Below, one piece after another: positions 16,554-25,114 of a DNA stretch of 64,000 nt. The stretch covers positions 2,232,368 to 2,296,367 of the forward strand of contig OZ244194.1 of the NCBI GenBank assembly GCA_965216665.1. The letters run 5' to 3'. The stretch's first letter is position 1, and each line of letters begins with the position of its first letter. Under the pieces are notes generated by a model, which saw nothing but the letters and a program-made list of their open reading frames with translations, had not been told where the DNA came from and did no database searches. The DNA comes from Arenicellales bacterium. Its GTDB lineage: Bacteria; Pseudomonadota; Gammaproteobacteria; Arenicellales; JAANXG01. A program made the position numbers and the translations under genes.

Positions 16554-17951
16554 CTACAACACTTCATCCCGCAAGTAGTACCACTTGTACAACATCCGCT
16601 GACCCAGGCGGCGGAAGGGAGCCAAAACGTGGCCCGGCAATGAGGATGTGTATATCGGCAGCGTGTGCTGGTCGCCCTTGCCGGCGACCTTTTCCGCCAT
16701 CCGCCGGCCCGCTTGCGCCGAGTACATGACACCGTTGCCGCCATAGCCCAGCGAATAGTAAATCGACTCACCCGGATCCGGCTGACAGATACGGGGCATC
16801 ATGTCATGGCTGACGTCTACCCAGCCCCACCAGGAGTAATCGATATCGATGCCTTTGAGAGCGGGAAACTTTCGTGCCATACCCGCCAACAACATAGCCA
16901 AATACTTCGGATCATCCGCGTGGGCGCCGGTAACCGCGCTGCGGCTGCCGATCTGTAAACGCCCATCCGGCAGCAACCGATAGTAGTGGCGCAACTTCCG
17001 TGTATCCGTGATAACCAGGTGCGTTTTGAATCTGCACGCCTCTATTTCGTCATTTGTGAGCGGCCGCGTCACCACGGAATTCGACAATATCGGCATGATG
17101 CGGTTCTTGGTGAGGAGCGGATACAAACCCGGCGGAGTATAACCGCCGGTGGCGATCGCAACCGCCCGCGCACGCACCGTGCCGCCTGGCGTGCGCAAGT
17201 GATAAGTGCCGTTTCGGATTTCGCAGCCCGCTACCGGGCTCCCCGGATGTACGGTGGCGCCCAACTCACGCGCCAGATTCACGTATCCGAACGCCAGTTT
17301 TGCAGCGTGCACCCCGATACCATCGGGCTCTAGCATGGCGCCAGCTGCCTCTCGGTCGTCCACATATTCGGCTTTCACCGTTTGTGTATCGAGAATTTTC
17401 GTCTCGTAGTCGAACAGCCGGTTCAGCACTTCCGATTCCGCTTCCAACATCTTCATCGCCTTGGGGCGATGCGCGATGTACAAGTGTCCGCCGCGCTGTG
17501 GCTCGCAGTCGAACTCACCGGACAAAATCAATTCCCGGAAGACGTCGAACGCTTCGCTGATCTCCGCGTGCAGCGCCCGTGCGGTGTCGAGCCCCCAACG
17601 CTTTATCCACTCGGAACGCGTAAGTCGCCCGGAAGCGATCTGCGCCTGCCCGCCGTTGCGCGTGCTGCACCCCCAACTCACGCGGTTCGCCTCGAGTACG
17701 GTTGCCTTGATACCGTGCTCACGGGCGAGAAAAATTGCACAGGCGAGACCCGTATAACCGGACCCGATAATCGCTACATCCACGTCGATGTCCTGCATAA
17801 CCGGCCCATCATCGGCAGGCGGGTCGCCCGCCGTGGCCACCCAGTATGTGGGCGCATAGTCGCAACGGTGGCCGGGGCCGGCATCCACTAGCGGATCGTA
17901 CTTGGGATTGTAAGCGTTGAGTTCTGCGCCGGACGTATCGATGCTGTTCAT
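16554..17951 (-). CDS. FAD-dependent oxidoreductase (DAO family, PuuB/OrdL-like)
   Basis: DVAIIGSGYTGLACAIFLA dinucleotide-binding motif, about 465 aa. I chose ATG 17951 with a GGAAGGA SD; the ORF opens at TTG 17957. Confidence 0.75.
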   Translation of the reverse strand: MNSIDTSGAELNAYNPKYDPLVDAGPGHRCDYAPTYWVATAGDPPADDGPVMQDIDVDVAIIGSGYTGLACAIFLAREHGIKATVLEANRVSWGCSTRNGGQAQIASGRLTRSEWIKRWGLDTARALHAEISEAFDVFRELILSGEFDCEPQRGGHLYIAHRPKAMKMLEAESEVLNRLFDYETKILDTQTVKAEYVDDREAAGAMLEPDGIGVHAAKLAFGYVNLARELGATVHPGSPVAGCEIRNGTYHLRTPGGTVRARAVAIATGGYTPPGLYPLLTKNRIMPILSNSVVTRPLTNDEIEACRFKTHLVITDTRKLRHYYRLLPDGRLQIGSRSAVTGAHADDPKYLAMLLAGMARKFPALKGIDIDYSWWGWVDVSHDMMPRICQPDPGESIYYSLGYGGNGVMYSAQAGRRMAEKVAGKGDQHTLPIYTSSLPGHVLAPFRRLGQRMLYKWYYLRDEVL

Positions 17952-17999
17952 CGTCAAGAGTCCTTCCGTATCTAGTACCGGACCAACCGACGACCGGTT

Positions 18000-18392
18000 C
18001 TAATCAATGATCGGGCGTTCCTTACGAAACGCCTGTTTGCGCACGATCTTTCCACCGGCGAAGGTAAACAGATCGCAACCGTCCACGTCGATTCGTTTCC
18101 CGTCTTCTCGGGTCGCCGTAAACCTCCACTCCGAAACGCCCCGGTCACCGGCGACGAAGTGGCGCGTGTTTCGCCACTGCACATCGGGAAACGAGGTCCA
18201 CACCTGCTCAAAGGCGGCGCGCACCGCGGCCGCACCGGTATGGCGGGTACCGTGCGCTTCTGAACCCGCCGCAGTCTCGAACACACAGTCGTCGGCGATG
18301 AAAGCCATCACAGCATTGATGTCGTGCCGATTGAACGCTTCGAACAACGCGCCCAGCATCTCAGTACCGGCGCCGGTGGGGTTGGCTGACAT
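18000..18392 (-). CDS. SnoaL-like / NTF2-fold protein
   Basis: LGALFEAFNRHDINAVMAFIADDCVFE...GDRGVSEWRFTAT...GCDLFTFAGGKI is the typical SnoaL-like pattern. Confidence 0.7.
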   Translation of the reverse strand: MSANPTGAGTEMLGALFEAFNRHDINAVMAFIADDCVFETAAGSEAHGTRHTGAAAVRAAFEQVWTSFPDVQWRNTRHFVAGDRGVSEWRFTATREDGKRIDVDGCDLFTFAGGKIVRKQAFRKERPIID

Positions 18393-18635
18393 GTGCCTTT
18401 TCCTCTAGGTTGAATCGGTGACTCGAAAGCATCCGCAATATCCGGACACCCCATCTCCACGCCCGCACCGACGCCGCGGTCCGGGGCAGATACCCAATGT
18501 AAGGCAAAGGCGACAGTTAGAACAGAGCCAGATGGCACTGGTCGCTAGAGCCAGAATCGATCACCGAAAAGAACCATCGCTACGTGACCGGACCGGTGGT
18601 CCTCGCGTCAGCGACACGTTCCCCCGTCGCTCGTC

Positions 18636-20201
18636 CTAGCCGGGGGCTACCCGAGCGCGAAGCACCCCTCTCATGGTCGAACTGTGTCCCGGCACCAGAC
18701 AAACGAACGGGTAATCACCCTCGCTGGAGAACGTCAAAGTCAACGTTCCGCGGGCCCCCGGCTCGACGGTGCCGGTGCTCGCCAGCACCGCGGGATGTGC
18801 CGGGATGAAATCCGTCTCGGCGGCTCGCAACGCCGCCACCGTCACCGCTTCGACGTCTGTACTGGCGCGTATTACCGTGAGGTTGTGGCGCATCTGCGCC
18901 CCAGCGTTATCGAGAATCACGGTCACGGGGGCCCCGACCGGAACCGTTATTTCGGTCGCCGCGAAACGCAGATTCCCAGGCTCGGGCCGCACGACCACGG
19001 TCTCGTCCGCCGACTGCGGAGCCGGCAACCGAGTTGTGGGCTCGTCTACGTAGGTGGCACGCAGATAGCGGATGATCTCAACCAGTTCCACCTTGTCGGC
19101 CCGCAACCCGTTTCGGACCATCCGCCCAATCAGCGCGATGATCTGACTATCGCTGCGCGGCGGCTGCTGTTCGACTTGCGATAACTCGTGACATTGTCCG
19201 CAGTGGACTTCGAACACAGCCCGCGCAGAGCCGGGCACGTACGGGCTGGATTTCAGGAATTCCGGATTGCTCGCCAAAGCTTCGGCGTCGCGCAAAGCAT
19301 CCTGTGTCTGCGCCGCGCCGAGATCGAGCGACCGTCTTTGTTTTAAAGTCTTCTGCAGAGTTGGCGATATTGCGATCAAGTACGCGGTAACCTGCCACTG
19401 TTCGCGTTCAGTGATGGATTGCAGAACCGTCGAACGATTCGCCATCCGCCGTACCGTTTCCCGCCATACCGAGGGAGTGCGCGGTCGAGCCAGCACCGTC
19501 CGTAGGTCGTGACACTGAGTGCACCGCCGCTTGAGCACTTCCCGCCCGGCCATCAACCCCTCGCGCGTGGACAGCTCCTGAATAAGCTCGTTGTCGCTAA
19601 GCCCGGTCTTCGGCAGATATTCCTTTATTCTATGGAGGTTCTTCTTCTCGAAAGCCTCGCCACTCAACGCCTGACTACCGAGCAGATACTCTCGGAACAC
19701 GATAGGCAACGCCAGTCCCATGAGCAAGACGGTGCATACGAACAAAGCGGTGCCGAGGAACGGCGCAAGTTTTGCCTCCATATGTTTGTAAAAGCGCACC
19801 ACGACGATCTTGGCAACCAGAAGTGCGCCGATGGTAAATCCGGTAGCAAGATGGGCGACGGTGCGGGCCGGCAGCTCGATCTGATAAGTCCACATGCGAG
19901 GCACCATCCGAAACATCAAGTAAACGTAGATGACGATGAACGCGTAACCCAAGAGGCGATGAACAAGGATCAGTCCTTTCGGTGCTTGGCTGCGGTGCCT
20001 TTCATGGTCGTAGGGAAATGCCCAGACACGAAACATGATCAGCATCGCTACTGCAGCGACGATCATGAAAGTCACACCCAACAATGCATTGTTGAGCGCC
20101 GTCATCGTCCGGTTTCGTATCCTGCCGACTTCATCACTCTCCTGGTTTGACGGAACCGGGCACATATCTATTCCACGCCCAACCGTTCGATCGATGAACA
20201 C
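18636..20201 (-). CDS. membrane-anchored dihaem cytochrome c fused to a type-1 copper (cupredoxin) domain
   Basis: Four TM helices (aa ~35-170). Two CxxCH motifs (C227TQCH, C334GQCH). Cupredoxin ligands H439, C501, H506, M510 (FVCLVPGHSSTMRG). An alternative start is ATG 20105 (MTALNN). Confidence 0.75.
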   Translation of the reverse strand: MFIDRTVGRGIDMCPVPSNQESDEVGRIRNRTMTALNNALLGVTFMIVAAVAMLIMFRVWAFPYDHERHRSQAPKGLILVHRLLGYAFIVIYVYLMFRMVPRMWTYQIELPARTVAHLATGFTIGALLVAKIVVVRFYKHMEAKLAPFLGTALFVCTVLLMGLALPIVFREYLLGSQALSGEAFEKKNLHRIKEYLPKTGLSDNELIQELSTREGLMAGREVLKRRCTQCHDLRTVLARPRTPSVWRETVRRMANRSTVLQSITEREQWQVTAYLIAISPTLQKTLKQRRSLDLGAAQTQDALRDAEALASNPEFLKSSPYVPGSARAVFEVHCGQCHELSQVEQQPPRSDSQIIALIGRMVRNGLRADKVELVEIIRYLRATYVDEPTTRLPAPQSADETVVVRPEPGNLRFAATEITVPVGAPVTVILDNAGAQMRHNLTVIRASTDVEAVTVAALRAAETDFIPAHPAVLASTGTVEPGARGTLTLTFSSEGDYPFVCLVPGHSSTMRGVLRARVAPG

Positions 20202-20417
20202 CCGATTCGACGCGCCGGCCGTCGACTCCGCAGAAAGAATCTTCAGAGCAAGCGGGTCTTGTTATCGGGAAAGGTCCCTTGGGCGCGCCGTTGCGTCGTC
20301 CCAACGGACGCGCCACATCCTGACCTGTACCGGCCGCGAGCCGGTCTTCTGTAGTTCGCAACGGGAACGACCCGCTCCGAAGCGACTTCCTACGCCCATT
20401 ACACTATACTGAGGTCC

Positions 20418-21137
20418 ATGGATCGCTACGGTTTTCAGAAACATATTTCGCAACGCTTCAACGAAGAATTGGAGTCGATTCGTACACGAGTTTTGGAAAT
20501 GGGGGGTCTGGTCGAAGCACAGTTGTCCCAAGCAGTGACCGCCATCGTCGAGGGTGATAGCTCATTGGGTGAAGCGGTGATGACCAACGACTACAAGATC
20601 AACGCCCTGGAAGTCGAGATCGACGAGCGTTGCAACCAGTTGCTCGTGCGTCGCCAGCCGGCGGCCAGTGACCTCCGGTTCGTGGTCACGGTGATCAAGA
20701 CCATCACTGATCTGGAGCGCATGGGTGATGAGGCGGAACGCATCGGCCGGATGGCGGTGCAACTGGCACAACGCGAACGTCCGACAAACCAGTACCGCGA
20801 GATCGGACACTTGGGTAATCTCGTCAAACGCATGTTACACGATACGTTGGACGCCTTTGCCCGAACCGACGTCGAGTCCGCGTTGCAGATTCGGCAGTGG
20901 GACCGCGAGATCGACAAAGAATACGAAAGTATCGTGCGGCAGATGGTAACGTTTATGATGGAGGACCCCCGGGAGATTCCGCGCGCTCTCGAGACCATGT
21001 GGTCGGCACGTGCGCTGGAACGAATCGGCGATCGCGCCACTAATATATGCGAATACGTGATCTACCTGGTCCGCGGGCGCGATGTCCGCCATACGAGTTG
21101 GGATAGAGTCCAGGCTGAGCTTAGAGATTCGCGTTAG
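20418..21137 (+). CDS. phoU: phosphate signalling complex protein PhoU
   Basis: Two PhoU repeats (...ITDLERMGDEAERIG... and ...ARALERIGDRATNICE...). Confidence 0.9.
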   Translation: MDRYGFQKHISQRFNEELESIRTRVLEMGGLVEAQLSQAVTAIVEGDSSLGEAVMTNDYKINALEVEIDERCNQLLVRRQPAASDLRFVVTVIKTITDLERMGDEAERIGRMAVQLAQRERPTNQYREIGHLGNLVKRMLHDTLDAFARTDVESALQIRQWDREIDKEYESIVRQMVTFMMEDPREIPRALETMWSARALERIGDRATNICEYVIYLVRGRDVRHTSWDRVQAELRDSR

Positions 21138-22391
21138 CTACATGAAAATGCCCTTGAACACGTAGAAAAACAAGACCGCAAGTAGGCCCCCCGCTGGAAG
21201 AGTCACGATCCACGACATAAAGATATTTCGCACCACGGTGAGATTCAGGGCACCGATACCGCGTGCAATACCGACGCCTAGTACGGCGCCCACCAGGGTA
21301 TGCGTTGTGGAGATCGGCAAACCGGTACCGGATGCGAGCACAACTGTTGTCGCCGCCGCCAACGTCGCAGCGAACCCGCGGCTCGGCGTCAACTCAGTGA
21401 TGTTGTTCCCTACCGTGGCTATCACACGACGCCCGTACATCAGCAGGCCCAGCACGATTCCGGCGCCGCCGATGAGCAGAATCCACGGTGCCAGCAAGGC
21501 CTTTTGACCAAGCTGTCCACCGCTCTTGACCACGCTTACCACCGCGGCAAGCGGCCCCACCGCATTGGCCACGTCATTCGACCCGTGGGCGAACGCCATA
21601 GCACAGGCGGTAACGACCATGAGTACGGCAAAGACTTTTTCCACATTGGCGAAGTGAAACTGTTTGTTCGACGCCGGATCGATTTCTATTTTTTGAATTC
21701 GCCAATACCCGATAGCCATGATCGCCGCGCCGACTGCCACGGAGATAGCCAGGCTCTCGAACGCCGAAAACCCCAGCCCAACGTGTTTCAGACCCTTGAG
21801 CAACGTCACCAGCGCAATAATAAAACCGACCAGGAAGATATATATCGGGACGTACTTTTTGGCGTTTCTGAATGGTTCTTCCGTCCCCAGAATCAGTCTT
21901 TGTACGCTGCCGAACAACACAAAAGCCAGCGTGCCCGCCAGTAACGGCGACACTACCCAACTACTCACTATCGAACCGATTTTCTCCCATCGAACCGCTT
22001 CCATTCCGATTCCGGCCACGGCAAACCCGACGATGGCGCCGACGATGGAGTGGGTGGTCGACACAGGCCAACCGTATGTCGACGCCACCAGCAACCATAT
22101 TCCGGCCGCCAGCAATGACGCGAGCATCCCGAATATCAGATACTCCGGCGTACCGCTCAATACGCCGACATCGATAATCCCCTTCCTGATGGTGGCAGTC
22201 ACCTCACCACCGGCGAGAAACGCGCCCAAGAACTCAAACACGGCAGCGATGACAATCGCTTGCTTTATCGTCAGCGCGGTAGAGCCGACAGAGGTAGCCA
22301 TGGCGTTCGCCACGTCGTTTGCCCCAATTCCCCACGCCATGAACAAACCGAACACCGCGGCAAGGATGAGATAGACCGTGCCGTGATCCAT
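21138..22391 (-). CDS. pit: inorganic phosphate transporter, PiT family
   Basis: MDHGTVYLILAAVFGLFMAWGIGANDVANAM and a second GSNDVANAVGP repeat. Start set at ATG 22391, just downstream of the DUF47 gene. Confidence 0.9.
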   Translation of the reverse strand: MDHGTVYLILAAVFGLFMAWGIGANDVANAMATSVGSTALTIKQAIVIAAVFEFLGAFLAGGEVTATIRKGIIDVGVLSGTPEYLIFGMLASLLAAGIWLLVASTYGWPVSTTHSIVGAIVGFAVAGIGMEAVRWEKIGSIVSSWVVSPLLAGTLAFVLFGSVQRLILGTEEPFRNAKKYVPIYIFLVGFIIALVTLLKGLKHVGLGFSAFESLAISVAVGAAIMAIGYWRIQKIEIDPASNKQFHFANVEKVFAVLMVVTACAMAFAHGSNDVANAVGPLAAVVSVVKSGGQLGQKALLAPWILLIGGAGIVLGLLMYGRRVIATVGNNITELTPSRGFAATLAAATTVVLASGTGLPISTTHTLVGAVLGVGIARGIGALNLTVVRNIFMSWIVTLPAGGLLAVLFFYVFKGIFM

Positions 22392-22402
22392 GGCTAACTC
22401 GG

Positions 22403-23083
22403 CTATCGCGCCAACAGATATTCGAGCCGGCTGCCCACCCGCTGTGCCAAATCCGCGATCTCCCCCACCCACTCAATGACTTGGTAGAGAAATATGACCC
22501 TGACCGGAGACAGCGTTTCCTCTACCTCGAACAGTCGCGCACGCAACGTCACCTGCTTATCGTCCGTTTCCTTCTCGATCTTGTCCAATTCCTTGATCAT
22601 GGACTGCACTAAATCGACCTCCGCACCGCGAAACCCTGTTTCTATCAACTCGTCAAGCTCGTTGATGGCAATTTGCGCCTGCTCGGTCGCGTCGGCGGAA
22701 CGCCGCACGAAATACAGCAGATCCTTCTTCAAGGTCTCCGGGAATTCCATGCGTCGTCCCAGCATTAATCCAGCGATATCTTTGGCCTTATTCGCGACGA
22801 GATCCTGAATACGCAACATCTCCAACAGATCCACTCTGGATACCGGCATGAAAATGCCCCTGGGCAGGTGCAGCCGGATGGCTTTCTTGAGCTCATCGGC
22901 CTCGTTTTCGAGCGCCCCAATACGACTCTGGATGGATTCCGCCGCCTCCCAGTCCTGGCGGCATACCGCCTCAAAGAATTCCACCAGTTGTCGCGTGCAC
23001 TCGCTCACCTTTCCCATGTGCTGTTGCATGGGTTCCACCGGGGAACTTCCGAATATGCGCGCGAGGTAACTTTTTCGAGCCAT
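22403..23083 (-). CDS. DUF47/TIGR00153 family Pit-accessory (PhoU-like) protein
   Basis: MARKSYLARIFGSSPVEPMQQHMGKV... is the typical N-terminus. It lies immediately upstream of pit. Confidence 0.8.
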   Translation of the reverse strand: MARKSYLARIFGSSPVEPMQQHMGKVSECTRQLVEFFEAVCRQDWEAAESIQSRIGALENEADELKKAIRLHLPRGIFMPVSRVDLLEMLRIQDLVANKAKDIAGLMLGRRMEFPETLKKDLLYFVRRSADATEQAQIAINELDELIETGFRGAEVDLVQSMIKELDKIEKETDDKQVTLRARLFEVEETLSPVRVIFLYQVIEWVGEIADLAQRVGSRLEYLLAR

Positions 23084-23262
23084 GACTGAACCAGGGCCGG
23101 CAGACGTGTTGGCGGAGCGTCCATGATACCAGGGAGGCGTAGAGTGCAAAAAATTTGTCACATCGGGGAAATATCCTGTGTGTGGCTACCCCGCAGCCCA
23201 AACGCCGCCAACGGACTCGGGAAGCCCCCGGGACCCGCGAGGAAAGCGGCACCAATACGAAC

Positions 23263-24399
23263 CTACGCGGCGCGGAAATGCTTGCTGAGCTTGAGCCCCT
23301 GCCGTTGATAGTGCGACTGCACACCCTCGCCGTAGATCTTCTCCGGCCACTCGATGAGGGGTTCGTAAACGAGCCGTCCGACGACCTGGCCGTGCTCGAT
23401 CACAAACGGCACTTCGAAAGAACGGACTTCCAGAACCGCACGCGCCCCGTCGCCGCCAGCCTGCGGATCGCCGAAACCGGGATCGAAGAATCCCGCATAG
23501 TGAACGCGAAACTCGCCGACCAACGTATCGTAGGCAATCATCTCGGCGGCGTACCCGACTGGAATACGCACCGCCTCCTTTGAGGCGAGAATGTAGAACT
23601 CACCCGGATCGAGGATCAGACCGCTGTCGGGCTGACCGTGCACCGGTTCCCAGAAATCGTGAATCGCATAGTGCCCTTTCTTGTCGACGTCGATAAGGCC
23701 GGCGTGAGCCTTGGCGCGATAGCCGATCAAGCGACCGTCGCCGCGGCCCTCGAGGTCCACCGAGACCGGCACGCCGTTCTTGATGTCTTCGGCGGCAAGG
23801 GGGGTGTCGACCACCCGGTGCTCTTCCTGCAGTTTCTTGTGTTGCTCATCGGAACGTACGACCGCCCCGCGACGCACTCGCAACTGACTCAGACGGGAGC
23901 CCTTGCGAACCAGGATACTGAACGTGCGCGGCGCGATCTCGGCGTACAGGGGTCCGGAGTAACCGGACCGAATGCGGTCGAATTCGTTGCCGTAATCGGT
24001 GATGATGCGCGTGAAGATGTCCAGTCGGCCAGTTGAGCTCTTGGGATTAGCGACCGCCGTGCAGTCCGCGGGCAGGTCCAGCCCTTCCATCAGCGGGACG
24101 ATATAGACGCACCCTCTTTCCAGGACCGCACCCTGTTCGATGTCGATTTCGTGCATCGCAAACTTCTGGACGCGCTGCATCACGGTAGCTCCTTTCCCGG
24201 GCAGGAAGCTCGCACGCACGCGATACGCCCGCGCCCCCAAACGAAGGTCAAGACTCGCGGGCTGAATTTGTTCTTCACCGATTGCTTCCGCGGCCCTGAT
24301 TGCGCCGCCGCGAATCAGACCGACCAGTGCCTGGCTCGGCAGGATTCCCGCGCCAAGGCACCGGGCGCGCGGGCCGCTCAGGGGTTCCGCATGTTCCAA
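23263..24399 (-). CDS. dcd: 2'-deoxycytidine 5'-triphosphate deaminase, long two-domain form
   Basis: GILPSQAL...IQPASLDLRLG... plus a second dUTPase-fold half, 378 aa. Confidence 0.7.
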   Translation of the reverse strand: MEHAEPLSGPRARCLGAGILPSQALVGLIRGGAIRAAEAIGEEQIQPASLDLRLGARAYRVRASFLPGKGATVMQRVQKFAMHEIDIEQGAVLERGCVYIVPLMEGLDLPADCTAVANPKSSTGRLDIFTRIITDYGNEFDRIRSGYSGPLYAEIAPRTFSILVRKGSRLSQLRVRRGAVVRSDEQHKKLQEEHRVVDTPLAAEDIKNGVPVSVDLEGRGDGRLIGYRAKAHAGLIDVDKKGHYAIHDFWEPVHGQPDSGLILDPGEFYILASKEAVRIPVGYAAEMIAYDTLVGEFRVHYAGFFDPGFGDPQAGGDGARAVLEVRSFEVPFVIEHGQVVGRLVYEPLIEWPEKIYGEGVQSHYQRQGLKLSKHFRAA

Positions 24400-24440
24400 G
24401 TTCTAAGAGCTCCTTTCGGGGCCGTGGGCAAATACACCGA

Positions 24441-25103
24441 TCAACCGCAGTCCGACTCCCCGCAGTTGAGACATGTCTTGCATCCATCCAGCCTTACCAC
24501 AGCCTTGGTGTAGCACTTCACGCATACCGTGGCGGTATCGGGAAAATCGCTGTCACCACTCTCGGCGCTTTCCGCGAGTTTGGCTTGGACGTTCTCGATG
24601 TGCTGGCGGCGGTGCGGATCCATTTCGCGCTCCTCGAGCAACCCGATCTCCTTCAGGTGCTGTTCGAGAATGTCTCCCAGCTCGGCAACCAACGACGGAA
24701 TGTAACGCCCGCCCTTCTTGAAGTAACCGCCGCGCGGATCGAACACCGAGCGCAGTTCCTCCACCATGAACGTCACGTCACCGCCCTTGCGGAACACCGC
24801 CGACATGATGCGAGTCAGCGCCACAATCCACTGAAAATGATCCATATTCTTGGAATTGACGAAAATCTCGAATGGCCGGCGCAATTCGTGCTCGGTACCG
24901 GGATTCAGAACGATATCGTTGATCGTCACGTACATCGCATGCTCCGACGCCGGTGTCTTCGCGATCTTGTAGGTATACCCCTGCAACACCGGAGGCCGGT
25001 CCACCTTTTCATGCATGTGAATGATATCGGCACGCGGCTCCGAATCGGGTGTTGTCGTGGAGACACGGTAGCCCACTATCGGTTTATCGATCTTGATCGT
25101 CAT
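24441..25103 (-). CDS. nrdJb: class II (B12-dependent) ribonucleotide reductase, C-terminal split subunit NrdJb
   Basis: Continues the RNR barrel (...YVTINDIVLNPGTEHELRRPFEIFVNSKN...). Ends in the Cys cluster CVKCYTKAVVRLDGCKTCLNCGESDCG. It lies 11 bp after nrdJa. Confidence 0.75.
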   Translation of the reverse strand: MTIKIDKPIVGYRVSTTTPDSEPRADIIHMHEKVDRPPVLQGYTYKIAKTPASEHAMYVTINDIVLNPGTEHELRRPFEIFVNSKNMDHFQWIVALTRIMSAVFRKGGDVTFMVEELRSVFDPRGGYFKKGGRYIPSLVAELGDILEQHLKEIGLLEEREMDPHRRQHIENVQAKLAESAESGDSDFPDTATVCVKCYTKAVVRLDGCKTCLNCGESDCG

Positions 25104-25114
25104 GACTTACCTTC

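Noticed and set aside
20283-20316. GC hairpin (GCGCGCCGTTG...CAACGGACGCGC) upstream of phoU, considered as a terminator.
   Set aside because: There is no T/U run on either strand, and no converging gene ends here (the neighbouring - strand gene starts at 20201). It may be structural or regulatory, but I cannot support a call.
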